A stretch of 32,000 nucleotides of DNA from Saprospiraceae bacterium (GTDB taxonomy: Bacteria; Bacteroidota; Bacteroidia; Chitinophagales; Saprospiraceae). The translations under genes and the position numbers were made by a program. Where the stretch lies: contig JBILHS010000031.1 of the NCBI GenBank assembly GCA_044350425.1, positions 13,637-45,636 of the forward strand. Direction: 5' to 3'. Shown piece by piece: positions 1 to 9,426 of this stretch (position 1 is its first letter; the number at the start of each line of letters is the position of its first letter). A model generated the notes under the pieces. It worked only from the letters and a program-made list of their open reading frames with translations, had not been told where the DNA came from and did not search any database.

Positions 1-2
1 GT

Positions 3-752
3 GAAAACGCATCCATTTATCTCGAGGAAGATTATCAGAAAAATTATGCCGGGTATGATCCGAACAGCCCGGAGGCGGAGATCTTCGCCAGCGTCTGGCA
101 AAGTGCTTATCTGGAGCAAAGTATCCTGCTTGCCAGTTATGTACAGCAGTTTGCAAATGCTGTAGCATTTCGGGAAGACCGCGGGGTGAAACAGGCAGGC
201 TTTCTAGTATTGCGGGAAACGGCGATGCCTTCTGTGCTTTTTGAGGCAGGTTATCTCACCAATGCCACCGAAGATGAGTATTTAGCTTCGGAGGCGGGAC
301 GTGAACAGTCGGCACTGGCTATTTTTCAGGCGTTTGAGGCTTACAAACGACATATGGAAATCGGTAAAGCCGCAGATCGTGTAGCAGAGGCTTCGGCACC
401 CAAGAAGCCCCTGCCAGCAAAAACGGTTTCTCAAAAGACCACACCGACGGCTGCCGGTAAACCGACCACGGATAAACCCAAAACTACCATCGTTAAACCT
501 ATGGTAGTAACCAAACCTAGTCCGCCGGTGGAACCGGCACCTAAATTTTTCACCATTTTTCTGCTGGCGTGGCCCAATAAGCTGGACCCGAATGTGGGAC
601 AGTTAAGCCTGCTGGCCAATGTAAAGGTTTTGAATAAGGAGGGCAAATACCACTATTATTCAGGCACTTATGCTACCAAAGCAGAGGCGGAGAGGGTGTT
701 GCCTGAAATCCAGAACATGGGTTTTAAGACGGCTAGTATTGTTCAGAATTAA
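3..752 (+). CDS. N-acetylmuramoyl-L-alanine amidase (Amidase_3 family), 5'-truncated by the window edge, with a Pro/Lys/Thr-rich linker and a SPOR-like C-terminal domain
   Basis: Frame 3 is open from base 3. Hand translation gives ENASIYLEEDYQKNYAGYDPNSPEAEIF...DRGVKQAGFLVLRETAMPSVLFEAGYLTN, the conserved C-terminal half of cell-wall amidases. The tail ...YYSGTYATKAEAERVLPEIQNMGFKTASIV resembles a SPOR fold. TAA at 750-752. Confidence 0.85.
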   Translation, partial: ENASIYLEEDYQKNYAGYDPNSPEAEIFASVWQSAYLEQSILLASYVQQFANAVAFREDRGVKQAGFLVLRETAMPSVLFEAGYLTNATEDEYLASEAGREQSALAIFQAFEAYKRHMEIGKAADRVAEASAPKKPLPAKTVSQKTTPTAAGKPTTDKPKTTIVKPMVVTKPSPPVEPAPKFFTIFLLAWPNKLDPNVGQLSLLANVKVLNKEGKYHYYSGTYATKAEAERVLPEIQNMGFKTASIVQN

Positions 753-872
753 GAAATTGGGATAAAGTAGCCAACGGGTAGTCCATAGATACTGAATACG
801 CTTATTTTCGCCCTTCAATTTCCAATAAACGGTACTATCCGAAACTAAGTATCCCAGCAACGTCCAATCAAA

Positions 873-1982
873 ATGTTCAAAATCAGAAACGAAGTCAAGA
901 TTGCTCTTCTCGCATTAGTTGCCCTTGGGCTTGGCTTTTGGGGCTTCAAATATCTTAAAGGTCAGAACGTACTCACCACCTCCAAAACACTTTACGTCAA
1001 ATATGAAAATGTAGATCAGCTGCGCCCCTCCAGCCCGATATTCATCAAGGGATTCCAGGTAGGTATGGTCAAGGACATGTACCTGGATAAAACCGACGAT
1101 AAAACGATCATCACGGTGTTGAGCATTGACGGAGGCGTGGATATTCCAAAGGATGCCATTGCCAGTATTATTGGCCTAAGTTTGATGGGAGGAAAGGCCA
1201 TTGAGATCATTATCACCAACCCCTGCGACGGAGATTGTGCTAAAAGTGGCGATTATCTGATCGCAGGAACCAAATCGCTCATTCAAAGTCTTTTGGGAGA
1301 TCCCTCTGGGTTTGATGCTTACACGGACCGCTTAAAAATGGGACTATCCATCAATATTGACTCCCTGGCAAAGGCCAATCCGAACGGTATGGCCGGTGCA
1401 TTGAACGCCTTGGATCATTCCCTGCTGAATATTGAGGTCATGACCAATCGCCTCAATCAGATCCTCGCGCTGAACGAACAGAGCATTCGCACCATTACGA
1501 GCAATTTTGCCTCGGTCAGCGGCACCATCAAAGCCAATGATAAAAATATCAGCGATGCCATTGCCAACCTGAGTGAGCTGAGTAAACAGCTCAAGGATGC
1601 TGGTCTGGACAAAACCTCCCAAAAAGCTTCCAGTGCCATTGATTCTGTCACTTTATCGCTGCGTGCCTTGCGTGGCACACTGGCAACCACTACCGGTACG
1701 CTCAGCCGCGTGGATACATTGGCTCAAAACCTCATTCGGGGTAAAGGCCTCATAGGCAAGACGCTCACGGATGAGGAACTGTATAATAATCTGGTCAGTA
1801 GTACCCACCACCTTCAATTGCTGCTTCAGGACCTTCGGATGCATCCCCAACGCTACAATACAGTGCGCGTCAAGCTCTTTGGTAAGAATAAAACAAAGTA
1901 TGAGAATCCTTTGGATGATCCGGCCTACCAATTGCTGATTGATAGTCTGGAGCGGGATTACAGCAAGAAGTTGAAGAATTGA
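873..1982 (+). CDS. MlaD/MCE-family protein (lipid-asymmetry ABC transporter substrate-binding component-like)
   Basis: ATG at 873. N-terminal TM helix (VKIALLALVALGLGFWGF) followed by an MCE core (LYVKYENVDQLRPSSPIFIKGFQVGMVKDMYL) and a long helical C-terminal region. TGA at 1980-1982. Confidence 0.8.
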   Translation: MFKIRNEVKIALLALVALGLGFWGFKYLKGQNVLTTSKTLYVKYENVDQLRPSSPIFIKGFQVGMVKDMYLDKTDDKTIITVLSIDGGVDIPKDAIASIIGLSLMGGKAIEIIITNPCDGDCAKSGDYLIAGTKSLIQSLLGDPSGFDAYTDRLKMGLSINIDSLAKANPNGMAGALNALDHSLLNIEVMTNRLNQILALNEQSIRTITSNFASVSGTIKANDKNISDAIANLSELSKQLKDAGLDKTSQKASSAIDSVTLSLRALRGTLATTTGTLSRVDTLAQNLIRGKGLIGKTLTDEELYNNLVSSTHHLQLLLQDLRMHPQRYNTVRVKLFGKNKTKYENPLDDPAYQLLIDSLERDYSKKLKN

Positions 1983-2527
1983 CCCAAAAGATCCGGCCAC
2001 TCTACGACGAGCACGGGGCAGAGGGCTACTATCGTGAATTTGCAGAAACGTACGAAAATCCGCATTTGCCCGAGATCTGTGCATTAATTGCGCGCAACTT
2101 CGACCGCATCGATTGCTCGGGCACGGTGCTGGATTTTGCCGCCGGAGGTGGTGAGGTAGCTACAGCACTTCAGCAACTGGGTGCTAAAAACATCCAGGGC
2201 TGCGACCCATTTACTTTTGCCTTGTTCGAACGCAAGACGGGTCTGCCCTGTCTGCAACTTTCATTCAAAGATGTGATTAGGGACGGGATTTCAGGGCAGT
2301 ATTCAACTATCATCAGCTCGTTTGCGCTCCACCTCTGTCCTTTAAAAGACCTCTTTTCGCTTTGTTGGAATCTATTCCAGGCAGGACCCGTGATCGTGAT
2401 CATCACACCTCATAAGCGCCCTGAATTGGAAAACATAGCTGGCATTCAATTGCTTTGGGAGGACGCTGTAGAAACAGTTCGCGGGAAAAAGGTACGGATG
2501 AAAGCATACGGACTTAACTCTCGTTAA
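1979..2527 (+). CDS. Small class I SAM-dependent methyltransferase
   Basis: SAM-binding motif I VLDFAAGGGEVATALQQLG. The only plausible start is TTG 1979, overlapping the upstream TGA (TTGA), so the start is uncertain. TAA stop. Confidence 0.65.
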   Translation: MTQKIRPLYDEHGAEGYYREFAETYENPHLPEICALIARNFDRIDCSGTVLDFAAGGGEVATALQQLGAKNIQGCDPFTFALFERKTGLPCLQLSFKDVIRDGISGQYSTIISSFALHLCPLKDLFSLCWNLFQAGPVIVIITPHKRPELENIAGIQLLWEDAVETVRGKKVRMKAYGLNSR

Positions 2528-2550
2528 GCCTTCTCTTGTTAGAAAAACAG

Positions 2551-2605
2551 CAAAAAAAATCTCTGAACCACCCCAATATAGGAGTGGATTCAGAGGTTTT
2601 TTTGC
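2551..2605. terminator. Bidirectional intrinsic terminator between convergent genes
   Basis: A-run, then an 11-bp stem with one bulge (ctctgaaccac / gtggattcagag), a 12-nt loop and a T-run. The A and T runs flank the stem, so it can work on either strand. Confidence 0.6.
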
Positions 2606-2634
2606 GCATTTTGCGCAGAAAATTGCCTAGGCGA

Positions 2635-2916
2635 TTACGCTGCGACAGCAAACATACGACCCTCTCCGGGTTGAACATTTGACTGCGGTCCCGCGAGGGA
2701 AGCAATCTGGTCTGGTGTGATCTGACGATTCATCAAATCATACACTTCAATTGCCTGGTCCCGCGTGATGGAAGGGAACTCGTTTAAAAACTCGTTCATA
2801 CTCACGCCAACCCGAAGGAAGTCGTAAAATGTCTCCACACGAACACGGGTCCCGCTAAAAACGGGTGCTCCATCCTGAATGTCAGGGTGTATGCTGATTG
2901 AGGAAAAAGGACTCAT
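2635..2916 (-). CDS. DUF433 domain protein (antitoxin-like HTH), no partner gene visible
   Basis: ISIHPDIQDGAPVFSGTRVRVETFYDFL...FPSITRDQAIEVYDL matches the DUF433 pattern. ATG at 2916 is preferred over the GTG at 2961 used by the ORF track. TAA stop. Confidence 0.6.
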   Translation of the reverse strand: MSPFSSISIHPDIQDGAPVFSGTRVRVETFYDFLRVGVSMNEFLNEFPSITRDQAIEVYDLMNRQITPDQIASLAGPQSNVQPGEGRMFAVAA

Positions 2917-3116
2917 CCGACACTGCTGTTTAAATTGTAATACTACGGGCCGGGACGACACAAATACAAGGGATTAAGAGAAACAGTGGATTAAAAACGA
3001 TTTAGTGGTGCGAAGTTAGAGAATGTTAACGCCGTTCAAAATTTTGCGTGATATTTTTTTAAAAAAATAGTACTTGCCCTGTTAAGGTTTGAAAGTACGG
3101 TAGGGTAAACCCTGAA

Positions 3117-4190
3117 TCAGAGGTGTTGGTCTCCGGATTTTTGCTTTACCAGTGCAGTGACTTGTTTTACTTCTTGTTCCTTTGATTTCGGATATATGAG
3201 TAATGCATCCGGGGTATCCACAATGATATAGTCATGCAGGTCTTTTACCACAGCAATTTTCCCTTTAGGAATTCTTACCAGCGTATCATGGGTGTCCAAT
3301 GCAATGATATTGCCTTGTAAGGCATTCCCGTTTTCATCTTTTGGGTACTCTGCGTGTAGACTTGCCCAGGTTCCGAGATCACTCCAACCAAATTCGGAAG
3401 GCAATGTATAGACGTTGGACGCATTTTCCATGATGGCAAAGTCCACCGATATATTGGGTGTAGTCGGGTAGGCCAGGTCAATAAAGGCTTGCTCCTCCGG
3501 GGTGTTGTAAACATTATTTCCTTTTTCCAGAATAGAATAGATCTCTGGCGCCAGTGCTTTGTAGGCACGAAGAATCGTCTCGGCACGCCAGATGAAAATA
3601 CCGGCATTCCAAAGATATTCGCCGGATTCCACATATTCCACGGCCGTTGGCAAACTGGGTTTTTCTGCAAACCGAAGTACTTTTCGAATGTCGACGTCTG
3701 CCTCTTCTCCAAATTGGATGTAGCCATAACCTGTGTCCGGGCGAGAAGGCTGGATCCCCAGTGTAAGCAATGCGTCATGCTTCGCTGAAAAATCCAGCGC
3801 GGTCTGGATCTTTTCAAGAAAAGCCTGTTCTTTTAAAACAATATGGTCAGAAGGGGCAATCACAAAATTTGCCTCTGGATCCAAGGCTGCCAGTTTAAAC
3901 GCCGTCCAGGCTACACAAGGCGCTGTGTTATTGCGACTGGGCTCACAAAGGATCTGGTTGGCGGTGATTTCCGGGATTTGCTCCAGGATAAGGTCCTTGT
4001 AAGCTGCATTGGTCACAATAAAAATATGGCTAGCGGGACAAATGGGCAAAAAACGCTCGAAGGTCAGCCGCAACAGGCTTTTGCCCACCCCCAGCATATC
4101 CAGGAATTGTTTGGGCCGTGCCTCGCGACTGCCCGGCCAGAATCGGCTGCCGACACCGCCGGCCATGATGGCTACATAGGTATGATTCAT
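3117..4190 (-). CDS. manC: Mannose-1-phosphate guanylyltransferase (GDP-mannose pyrophosphorylase)
   Basis: N-terminal AIMAGGVGSRFWPGSREARPKQF nucleotidyltransferase signature with full-length similarity to the ManC/CpsB N-terminal domain. 357 aa, TGA stop. Confidence 0.9.
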   Translation of the reverse strand: MNHTYVAIMAGGVGSRFWPGSREARPKQFLDMLGVGKSLLRLTFERFLPICPASHIFIVTNAAYKDLILEQIPEITANQILCEPSRNNTAPCVAWTAFKLAALDPEANFVIAPSDHIVLKEQAFLEKIQTALDFSAKHDALLTLGIQPSRPDTGYGYIQFGEEADVDIRKVLRFAEKPSLPTAVEYVESGEYLWNAGIFIWRAETILRAYKALAPEIYSILEKGNNVYNTPEEQAFIDLAYPTTPNISVDFAIMENASNVYTLPSEFGWSDLGTWASLHAEYPKDENGNALQGNIIALDTHDTLVRIPKGKIAVVKDLHDYIIVDTPDALLIYPKSKEQEVKQVTALVKQKSGDQHL

Positions 4191-4196
4191 GACTTT

Positions 4197-4266
4197 GATG
4201 TATGATGTATGATGTATGAACTATGATGTATGATGTATGAACTATGATGTATGATCTATGATGTAT
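4197..4266. repeat. Ten contiguous heptamers GATGTAT (variants GAACTAT, GATCTAT) with 21-bp higher-order periodicity, filling the fcl-manC junction
   Basis: Units counted by hand from 4197 to 4266. On the minus (mRNA) strand it reads ATACATC and ends 6 nt before the manC ATG (4190). Confidence 0.95.
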
Positions 4267-4273
4267 GGGGTGG

Positions 4274-5206
4274 TCAGGGATTCAGTTGAGCTTTTACTTC
4301 CTCGTAAACGGATTTTATGCCGTCTTCCAGATTGATTTTAGCCTTCCAGCCGAGTCCGGTCAATTTACTGACGTCCATTAGTTTACGCGGTGTTCCATCC
4401 GGCTTACTGAGATCATGCTGGATGGTTCCAGTGTAACCTACAATACGCTGAACAAGTTTAGCCAGATCTAAAATAGACAGATCCTGTCCTGTTCCGATGT
4501 TTACGAATCCCGGTTCATTATAATGCTGCATCAGGTAAAAACACGCGTCGGCCAGATCATCTACATGTAGAAATTCGCGGAGCGGCGTGCCGGTACCCCA
4601 CAAGGTAACGAAGGGCGCATGGTTGAGTTTTGCTTCGTGGAATTTGCGCAGCATCGCCGGAAGCACATGACTATTCTCCGGATGGTAATTATCGTTGGGG
4701 CCATAGAGGTTGGTGGGCATCACACTGACAAAATTGCAACCATATTGGGCCCGGTAAGCGTCGCAAAGTTTGATGCCTGCGATTTTTGCGATCGCATAGG
4801 GTTCGTTGGTCGGTTCGAGTAACCCGGTGAGCAAAGCCTCCTCTTTTAAGGGTTGCGGTGCAAGTTTTGGATAGATGCAGGAAGAGCCCAGGAACATCAA
4901 TTTTTCTACCTCGTGTCGGTACGCGGATTCAATGACGTTGGCTTCGATCATTAAATTGTCGTACAAAAATTCAGCTCGGTAGGTATTGTTCGCGAGGATT
5001 CCGCCGACTTTGGCCGCGGCAAGAAAAACATGAACAGGTTTTTCACGACGGAAAAACTCGCTGACCTCCTGCTGATTGCGAAGGTCCAGCTTGCGGGAAT
5101 CAGCCAGAGCAAAATTGGTGAAACCTGCTGCCTGAAGTTTTCGAAGAATGGCAGATCCGACCATTCCACGGTGGCCTGCTATGTATATTTTATCGGTTAC
5201 ATTCAT
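4274..5206 (-). CDS. fcl: GDP-L-fucose synthase (GDP-4-keto-6-deoxy-D-mannose 3,5-epimerase/4-reductase)
   Basis: [19 protein letters not shown] Rossmann motif and collinear SDR-type sequence ending ...[12 protein letters not shown]. 310 aa. Confidence 0.92.
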   Translation of the reverse strand: MNVTDKIYIAGHRGMVGSAILRKLQAAGFTNFALADSRKLDLRNQQEVSEFFRREKPVHVFLAAAKVGGILANNTYRAEFLYDNLMIEANVIESAYRHEVEKLMFLGSSCIYPKLAPQPLKEEALLTGLLEPTNEPYAIAKIAGIKLCDAYRAQYGCNFVSVMPTNLYGPNDNYHPENSHVLPAMLRKFHEAKLNHAPFVTLWGTGTPLREFLHVDDLADACFYLMQHYNEPGFVNIGTGQDLSILDLAKLVQRIVGYTGTIQHDLSKPDGTPRKLMDVSKLTGLGWKAKINLEDGIKSVYEEVKAQLNP

Positions 5207-5239
5207 TTATAAGGTACTTCAATCAGAAAGGTTAAAGCA

Positions 5240-6346
5240 TTATTCAAACTCATTCCGGATCTCAAATCCACCTTGTTTTAAATACTCTTCCCTTTGAAAA
5301 AGTTTAAGATCGCTGGCGACCATTTCAGCCACCAATTCCTCCAGCGTGCGTTGGGCTGACCAGCCTAGTTTTTCCTTTGCCTTGCTGGCATCACCTACCA
5401 ATAGATCTACTTCTGCAGGCCTGAAATAGCGTGGGTCGATGGCGATAACTTCCTGCCCGGCTATTAAGTTCGGGTTGCTCGAATGCGCTATAAATCCACG
5501 TTCCTCTACGCCGCTGCCGCGAAATTCCAGGGTCACCCCCAGCTCATCGAAGGCCATCACACAGAATTCACGTACCGCAGTGGTCTTACCGGTCGCGATG
5601 ACAAAGTCTTCAGCTTCCGCTTGTTGCATCATAAGCCACATGGCTTCCACATAATCGCGCGCATGTCCCCAATCGCGTTGTGCGTCCAGGTTGCCCAGAA
5701 AAAGTTTGTCCTGTAAGCCAAGTGAAATTTTTGTGGCTGCCCGGGTGATCTTGCGCGTCACAAAGGTCTCACCCCGTGTGGGGCTTTCATGGTTGAACAA
5801 AATGCCATTGCATGCAAACATGCCATAGCTTTCCCTGTAATTCACCGTGATCCAGTAGGCATAAAGTTTGGCCACACCATAAGGAGAGCGTGGGTAAAAC
5901 GGCGTGCTCTCCCGTTGAGGCGTTTCCTGTACCAAACCGTAAAGCTCTGAGGTGCTGGCCTGATAAAATCGGGTCTTTTCGCTCAATCCCAATAAACGGA
6001 TCGCTTCTAAAAGGCGCAAAGCCCCCACAGCATCTGCATTGGCAGTATACTCCGGGGTTTCAAAACTCACTTGTACGTGACTTTGGGCGCCGAGATTGTA
6101 CACTTCATCCGGTTGTACCTGCTGCATGATCCGGATGATATTGGTCGAGTCGGTCAGATCGCCATAGTGCAGGATAAAACGTTGATTGTCAACATGTGGA
6201 TCCTGATAAAGGTGGTCTACCCGTTCTGTATTGAAGAGCGAGGAACGTCGTTTGACACCGTGGACTTCGTAGCCTTTTTTTAACAAAAGTTCGGCGAGAT
6301 ACGCGCCGTCCTGTCCAGTGATTCCGGTGATGAGGGCTTTTTTCAT
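5240..6346 (-). CDS. gmd: GDP-mannose 4,6-dehydratase
   Basis: [29 protein letters not shown]...[46 protein letters not shown] is the classic Gmd sequence. 368 aa. Confidence 0.95.
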   Translation of the reverse strand: MKKALITGITGQDGAYLAELLLKKGYEVHGVKRRSSLFNTERVDHLYQDPHVDNQRFILHYGDLTDSTNIIRIMQQVQPDEVYNLGAQSHVQVSFETPEYTANADAVGALRLLEAIRLLGLSEKTRFYQASTSELYGLVQETPQRESTPFYPRSPYGVAKLYAYWITVNYRESYGMFACNGILFNHESPTRGETFVTRKITRAATKISLGLQDKLFLGNLDAQRDWGHARDYVEAMWLMMQQAEAEDFVIATGKTTAVREFCVMAFDELGVTLEFRGSGVEERGFIAHSSNPNLIAGQEVIAIDPRYFRPAEVDLLVGDASKAKEKLGWSAQRTLEELVAEMVASDLKLFQREEYLKQGGFEIRNEFE

Positions 6347-6435
6347 AGTTGTATAGCGAACGATTTAGCTCGCTGTGTTGTAGAGACAAAGGTCTGATTT
6401 TGTTTTTAAATGGCGATTGGGTTTTGATCCTTCCG

Positions 6436-7011
6436 CTATATATAATGTAACAAGCCGCATATTCCCTCCTTTAAGGAATATTCCTCGCCGCCTTCCTCGC
6501 AAACAGCGCTTCCCGCCTTAAAGTGCAGACGATTTCCCCGTCGACTCACCCAACCCATTTGTCTGGCAGGCACCCCGGTCATGAGTGCGAAATCCGGCAC
6601 ATCCTTAGTGACTACAGCGCCTGCTCCAATCATGCAATATCGCCCCAAAGTGATCCCACACAACACCGTTGCATTGGCGCCAATACTTGCCCCCTGTTTT
6701 ACGAGGGTGGGGCGAAACTCATTTTTGCGTTCTATGAAACTTCGAGGATTGACCACATTGGTAAATACCATACTGGGCCCTAAAAACACATCATCCTCGC
6801 ACACCACTCCGGTGTACAGCGAGACATTGTTTTGCACTTTTACACCTTTACCCAGGCTTACACCATCTGCCACAAAGACATTTTGACCTAAAATGCAATT
6901 TTCGCCCAAAACAGCGCCAGCGGAGACATGGCAAAAATGCCAGATGCGAGCACCCTCGCCGATCCGGGCGCCGGGGTCAATGATCGCGGAAGGGTGAGCA
7001 AAGTAGGGCAT
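6436..7011 (-). CDS. Left-handed beta-helix (hexapeptide) N-acetyltransferase, WbpD/WlbB-like
   Basis: Hexapeptide repeats run throughout ([37 protein letters not shown]...). The ATG overlaps the upstream TAA (TAATG at 7009-7013). This is one of only two genes here ending in TAG. Confidence 0.8.
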   Translation of the reverse strand: MPYFAHPSAIIDPGARIGEGARIWHFCHVSAGAVLGENCILGQNVFVADGVSLGKGVKVQNNVSLYTGVVCEDDVFLGPSMVFTNVVNPRSFIERKNEFRPTLVKQGASIGANATVLCGITLGRYCMIGAGAVVTKDVPDFALMTGVPARQMGWVSRRGNRLHFKAGSAVCEEGGEEYSLKEGICGLLHYI

Positions 7012-7985
7012 TAGCGATACCGTTGACCACGCTGAAGTGGATGTTTACTCAATGGCAGACTAGCCATCGGATGGAAATGCCCTGCTAACCCGGAGGGTTC
7101 CAGGGTCCGAATGGCATGAGCGAGCTCAATGGCAGGCAAAATCGTTTGGATACCGAAGCCATGGCCAGCCAGGATTGCTTCGTAACTCCGGGTGTGAAGA
7201 TCGGTAAAACCTTCGCTGAATTCCACCTCCTGACCATCTACGGTGATAGATCGGTAGGTACGTTTGTCCGGGGCTCTGGCGGCTGCAGGCAAAGTGTCAG
7301 CGTTGATGCTTAAAAACCATCGCACCCGGGCTTTTTCCAACTGGAGGAATCCTGCTGCACGGTCATGGGTATGCAGGTGCACGATATTTTCCTGCACAGG
7401 ACCAAAGATCCAGATCAGCATATCAAAAAAGTGGATGCCTATATTGGTGGCGATGCCGCCGGATTTGGCCAGATCACCTTTCCAGCTGGTGTAGTACCAG
7501 TTGCCCCGGGAGGTGATGTAGCTCAAGTCCACCTCGTGTGGTCCTGCCGACTGATCGATCTTTTCTTTCAGCGCGATCAATGCAGGATGCAAACGCAATT
7601 GAAGAATGGTATTAACTTTTTTCCCTGTTTCAGCTTCATGTTCCAGCAGGGCTTCAGCGTTCCAGGGGTTTAGTACCAGGGGTTTTTCACAAATCACATG
7701 GGCGCCTGATCGCAATCCAAAACGGATGTGTGCGTCATGGAGGTAATTGGGAGAGCAAATGCTCAGATAATCCATGGGCTCACCCCTTCGCTTCAACTTG
7801 TCCAGGTGTCTGTCAAAGCGCTCAAATTCAGTGAAAAAGTCAGCTTCAGGGAAATAACTATCCATCACGCCCACGGAATCCTGAGGGTCAAAGGCTGCAA
7901 TCAGTCTGTGACCGGTGTCACGAATGGCTTTCATATGTCGTGGCGCTATATAGCCTGCTGCGCCGATGAGTGCAAAATTGGACAT
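7011..7985 (-). CDS. Gfo/Idh/MocA-family NAD-dependent oxidoreductase, WbpB-like (UDP-GlcNAcA 3-dehydrogenase-like)
   Basis: [21 protein letters not shown] Rossmann N-terminus. ATG at 7985 was chosen because the longer ORF-track start (8060) would overlap the upstream gene. Confidence 0.8.
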   Translation of the reverse strand: MSNFALIGAAGYIAPRHMKAIRDTGHRLIAAFDPQDSVGVMDSYFPEADFFTEFERFDRHLDKLKRRGEPMDYLSICSPNYLHDAHIRFGLRSGAHVICEKPLVLNPWNAEALLEHEAETGKKVNTILQLRLHPALIALKEKIDQSAGPHEVDLSYITSRGNWYYTSWKGDLAKSGGIATNIGIHFFDMLIWIFGPVQENIVHLHTHDRAAGFLQLEKARVRWFLSINADTLPAAARAPDKRTYRSITVDGQEVEFSEGFTDLHTRSYEAILAGHGFGIQTILPAIELAHAIRTLEPSGLAGHFHPMASLPLSKHPLQRGQRYR

Positions 7986-8046
7986 GTTGGACCTTTGATT
8001 TTTTTGGCTGACTCGGGTTGTTTTAAGTGCAAGCGCTAGCCCAAAC

Positions 8047-9192
8047 TTATCGGGCTTCAAAAAACGCTTTTACCGCCCCGGTGATGGTTGATAAAATTTC
8101 ATCCGTCATTTCAGAGTGCATCGGCAAGGAAAATACGGAAGCACAAAGGGATTCTGTAACAGGCAATTTCCCGCCTTTCCAAAAAGGAGCAAATGCGGGT
8201 TGATCATATAGGGGAACAGGGTAATAGATCATGCAGGGGATTCCTTTTTCCAATAAAAAAGCTTTCAAGGCGTCACGGGTTTCTACCGCATCCGGTGTGG
8301 TGATCTGTAGGGTATATTGGTGGAAGACGTGGGTTGAATTTGGTTCGCGGGCAGGGACCTTCAACTGTGGAATCTGTCCAAAAATACGGTCATAATAACC
8401 TGCGGCGCGATTCCGGGCGGCATTATATGTATCCAGATGTTTCAGTTTGGCATTGAGGACCACTGCCTGCATTGCATCCAGGCGGGAGTTTACCCCGATC
8501 TCATCATGGTAATACATTTTAGACTGCCCGTGGTTGGCGATCATCCTGGCTTTGGCGGCCAGGGCATCGTCGTTGGTCATCATGGCGCCACCGTCTCCGT
8601 AACAGCCCAGATTTTTGGATGGGAAAAAGGAGGTGCAGCCAAAATGTCCGATGGTTCCGGTCTTTTGAGTCCCGGCATCAGAGACACCAGGAGCGGTATA
8701 ATCTGCCCCAATGGCTTGTGCGTTGTCTTCTATCACAAATAAATCATGCTTTTTTGCCAAAGCCATGATGGGCGTCATATCGGCGGATTGTCCGAACAAA
8801 TGAACCGGGACAATGGCTTTGGTCCGAGGCGTGATCACGGCCTCCATATGCGCGGCTGTGATATTCATCGTGTCGGGGTCTACATCTGTCATAACAGGGG
8901 TGAGCCCCAGTAATCCGATCACTTCGGCGGTGGCCACGTAGGTAAACGCGGGTACAATAACCTCGTCTCCTGGTTTGAGTCCAAGCGCCATCATAGCGAT
9001 TTGAAGTGCATCTGTCCCGTTTGCGCAAGGAATCACGTGTTTTACGCCGAGATATTGTTCCAAACCTTCCCGAAAAGCGTTCACTTTGGGTCCTCCGATG
9101 AAAATACAGGAATCTAAGACCTCCTGCATTTCATGGTCTATCTCACTTTTGATGTGACCATATTGGGTTTTGAGGTCAACCATTTGTATCAT
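8047..9192 (-). CDS. DegT/DnrJ/EryC1/StrS-family PLP aminotransferase, WbpE-like
   Basis: MIQMVDLKTQY...; the PLP-lysine region is SFFPSKNLGCYGDGGA. First ATG at 9192 (alternatives are TTG 9201 and ATG 9183). TAA stop. Confidence 0.85.
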   Translation of the reverse strand: MIQMVDLKTQYGHIKSEIDHEMQEVLDSCIFIGGPKVNAFREGLEQYLGVKHVIPCANGTDALQIAMMALGLKPGDEVIVPAFTYVATAEVIGLLGLTPVMTDVDPDTMNITAAHMEAVITPRTKAIVPVHLFGQSADMTPIMALAKKHDLFVIEDNAQAIGADYTAPGVSDAGTQKTGTIGHFGCTSFFPSKNLGCYGDGGAMMTNDDALAAKARMIANHGQSKMYYHDEIGVNSRLDAMQAVVLNAKLKHLDTYNAARNRAAGYYDRIFGQIPQLKVPAREPNSTHVFHQYTLQITTPDAVETRDALKAFLLEKGIPCMIYYPVPLYDQPAFAPFWKGGKLPVTESLCASVFSLPMHSEMTDEILSTITGAVKAFFEAR

Positions 9193-9205
9193 AAAAATCA
9201 ATTTA

Positions 9206-9426
9206 AAATGTGGTCAATGTGTTAAATGTGGTCAATGTGTTAAATGTGGTCAATAAGTTAAATGTGGTCAATGTGTTTAATGTGGTCAATGTGATCAATG
9301 GATAAAAGCGGCCAATTTTACCTGGTCGAGCCCAAAACACATTGACCGCATTGACCACATTGACCACATTTAACTTATTGACCACATTTAACTTATTGAC
9401 CACATTTAACTTATTGACCACATTAA
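9206..9426. repeat. 221-bp inverted pair of tandem arrays filling the junction between the dehydrogenase and aminotransferase genes
   Basis: The left arm (9206-9301) is about five copies of the 18-mer AAATGTGGTCAATGTGTT. A spacer occupies 9302-9337. The right arm (9338-9426) consists of 9-mers CATTGACCA / CATTTAACT, the reverse complement of the left unit. Read directly. Confidence 0.95.

Noticed and set aside
154-169. A short palindrome aaatgct-gt-agcattt in the amidase gene, along with several other inverted repeats with 5-7 bp arms in coding regions.
   Set aside because: Arms of this length are expected by chance several times in 32 kb. Only palindromes with arms of 14 bp or more were reported.
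2635-3116. A DUF433 toxin-antitoxin pair.
   Set aside because: No DUF5615/PIN-like partner ORF lies on either side. The gene is flanked by a terminator on one side and a non-coding stretch on the other, so it is reported as an orphan.
7986-8060. A 25-codon N-terminal extension of the WbpB-like ORF.
   Set aside because: It overlaps the stop of the upstream aminotransferase gene. The family N-terminus ([17 protein letters not shown]) starts at ATG 7985.
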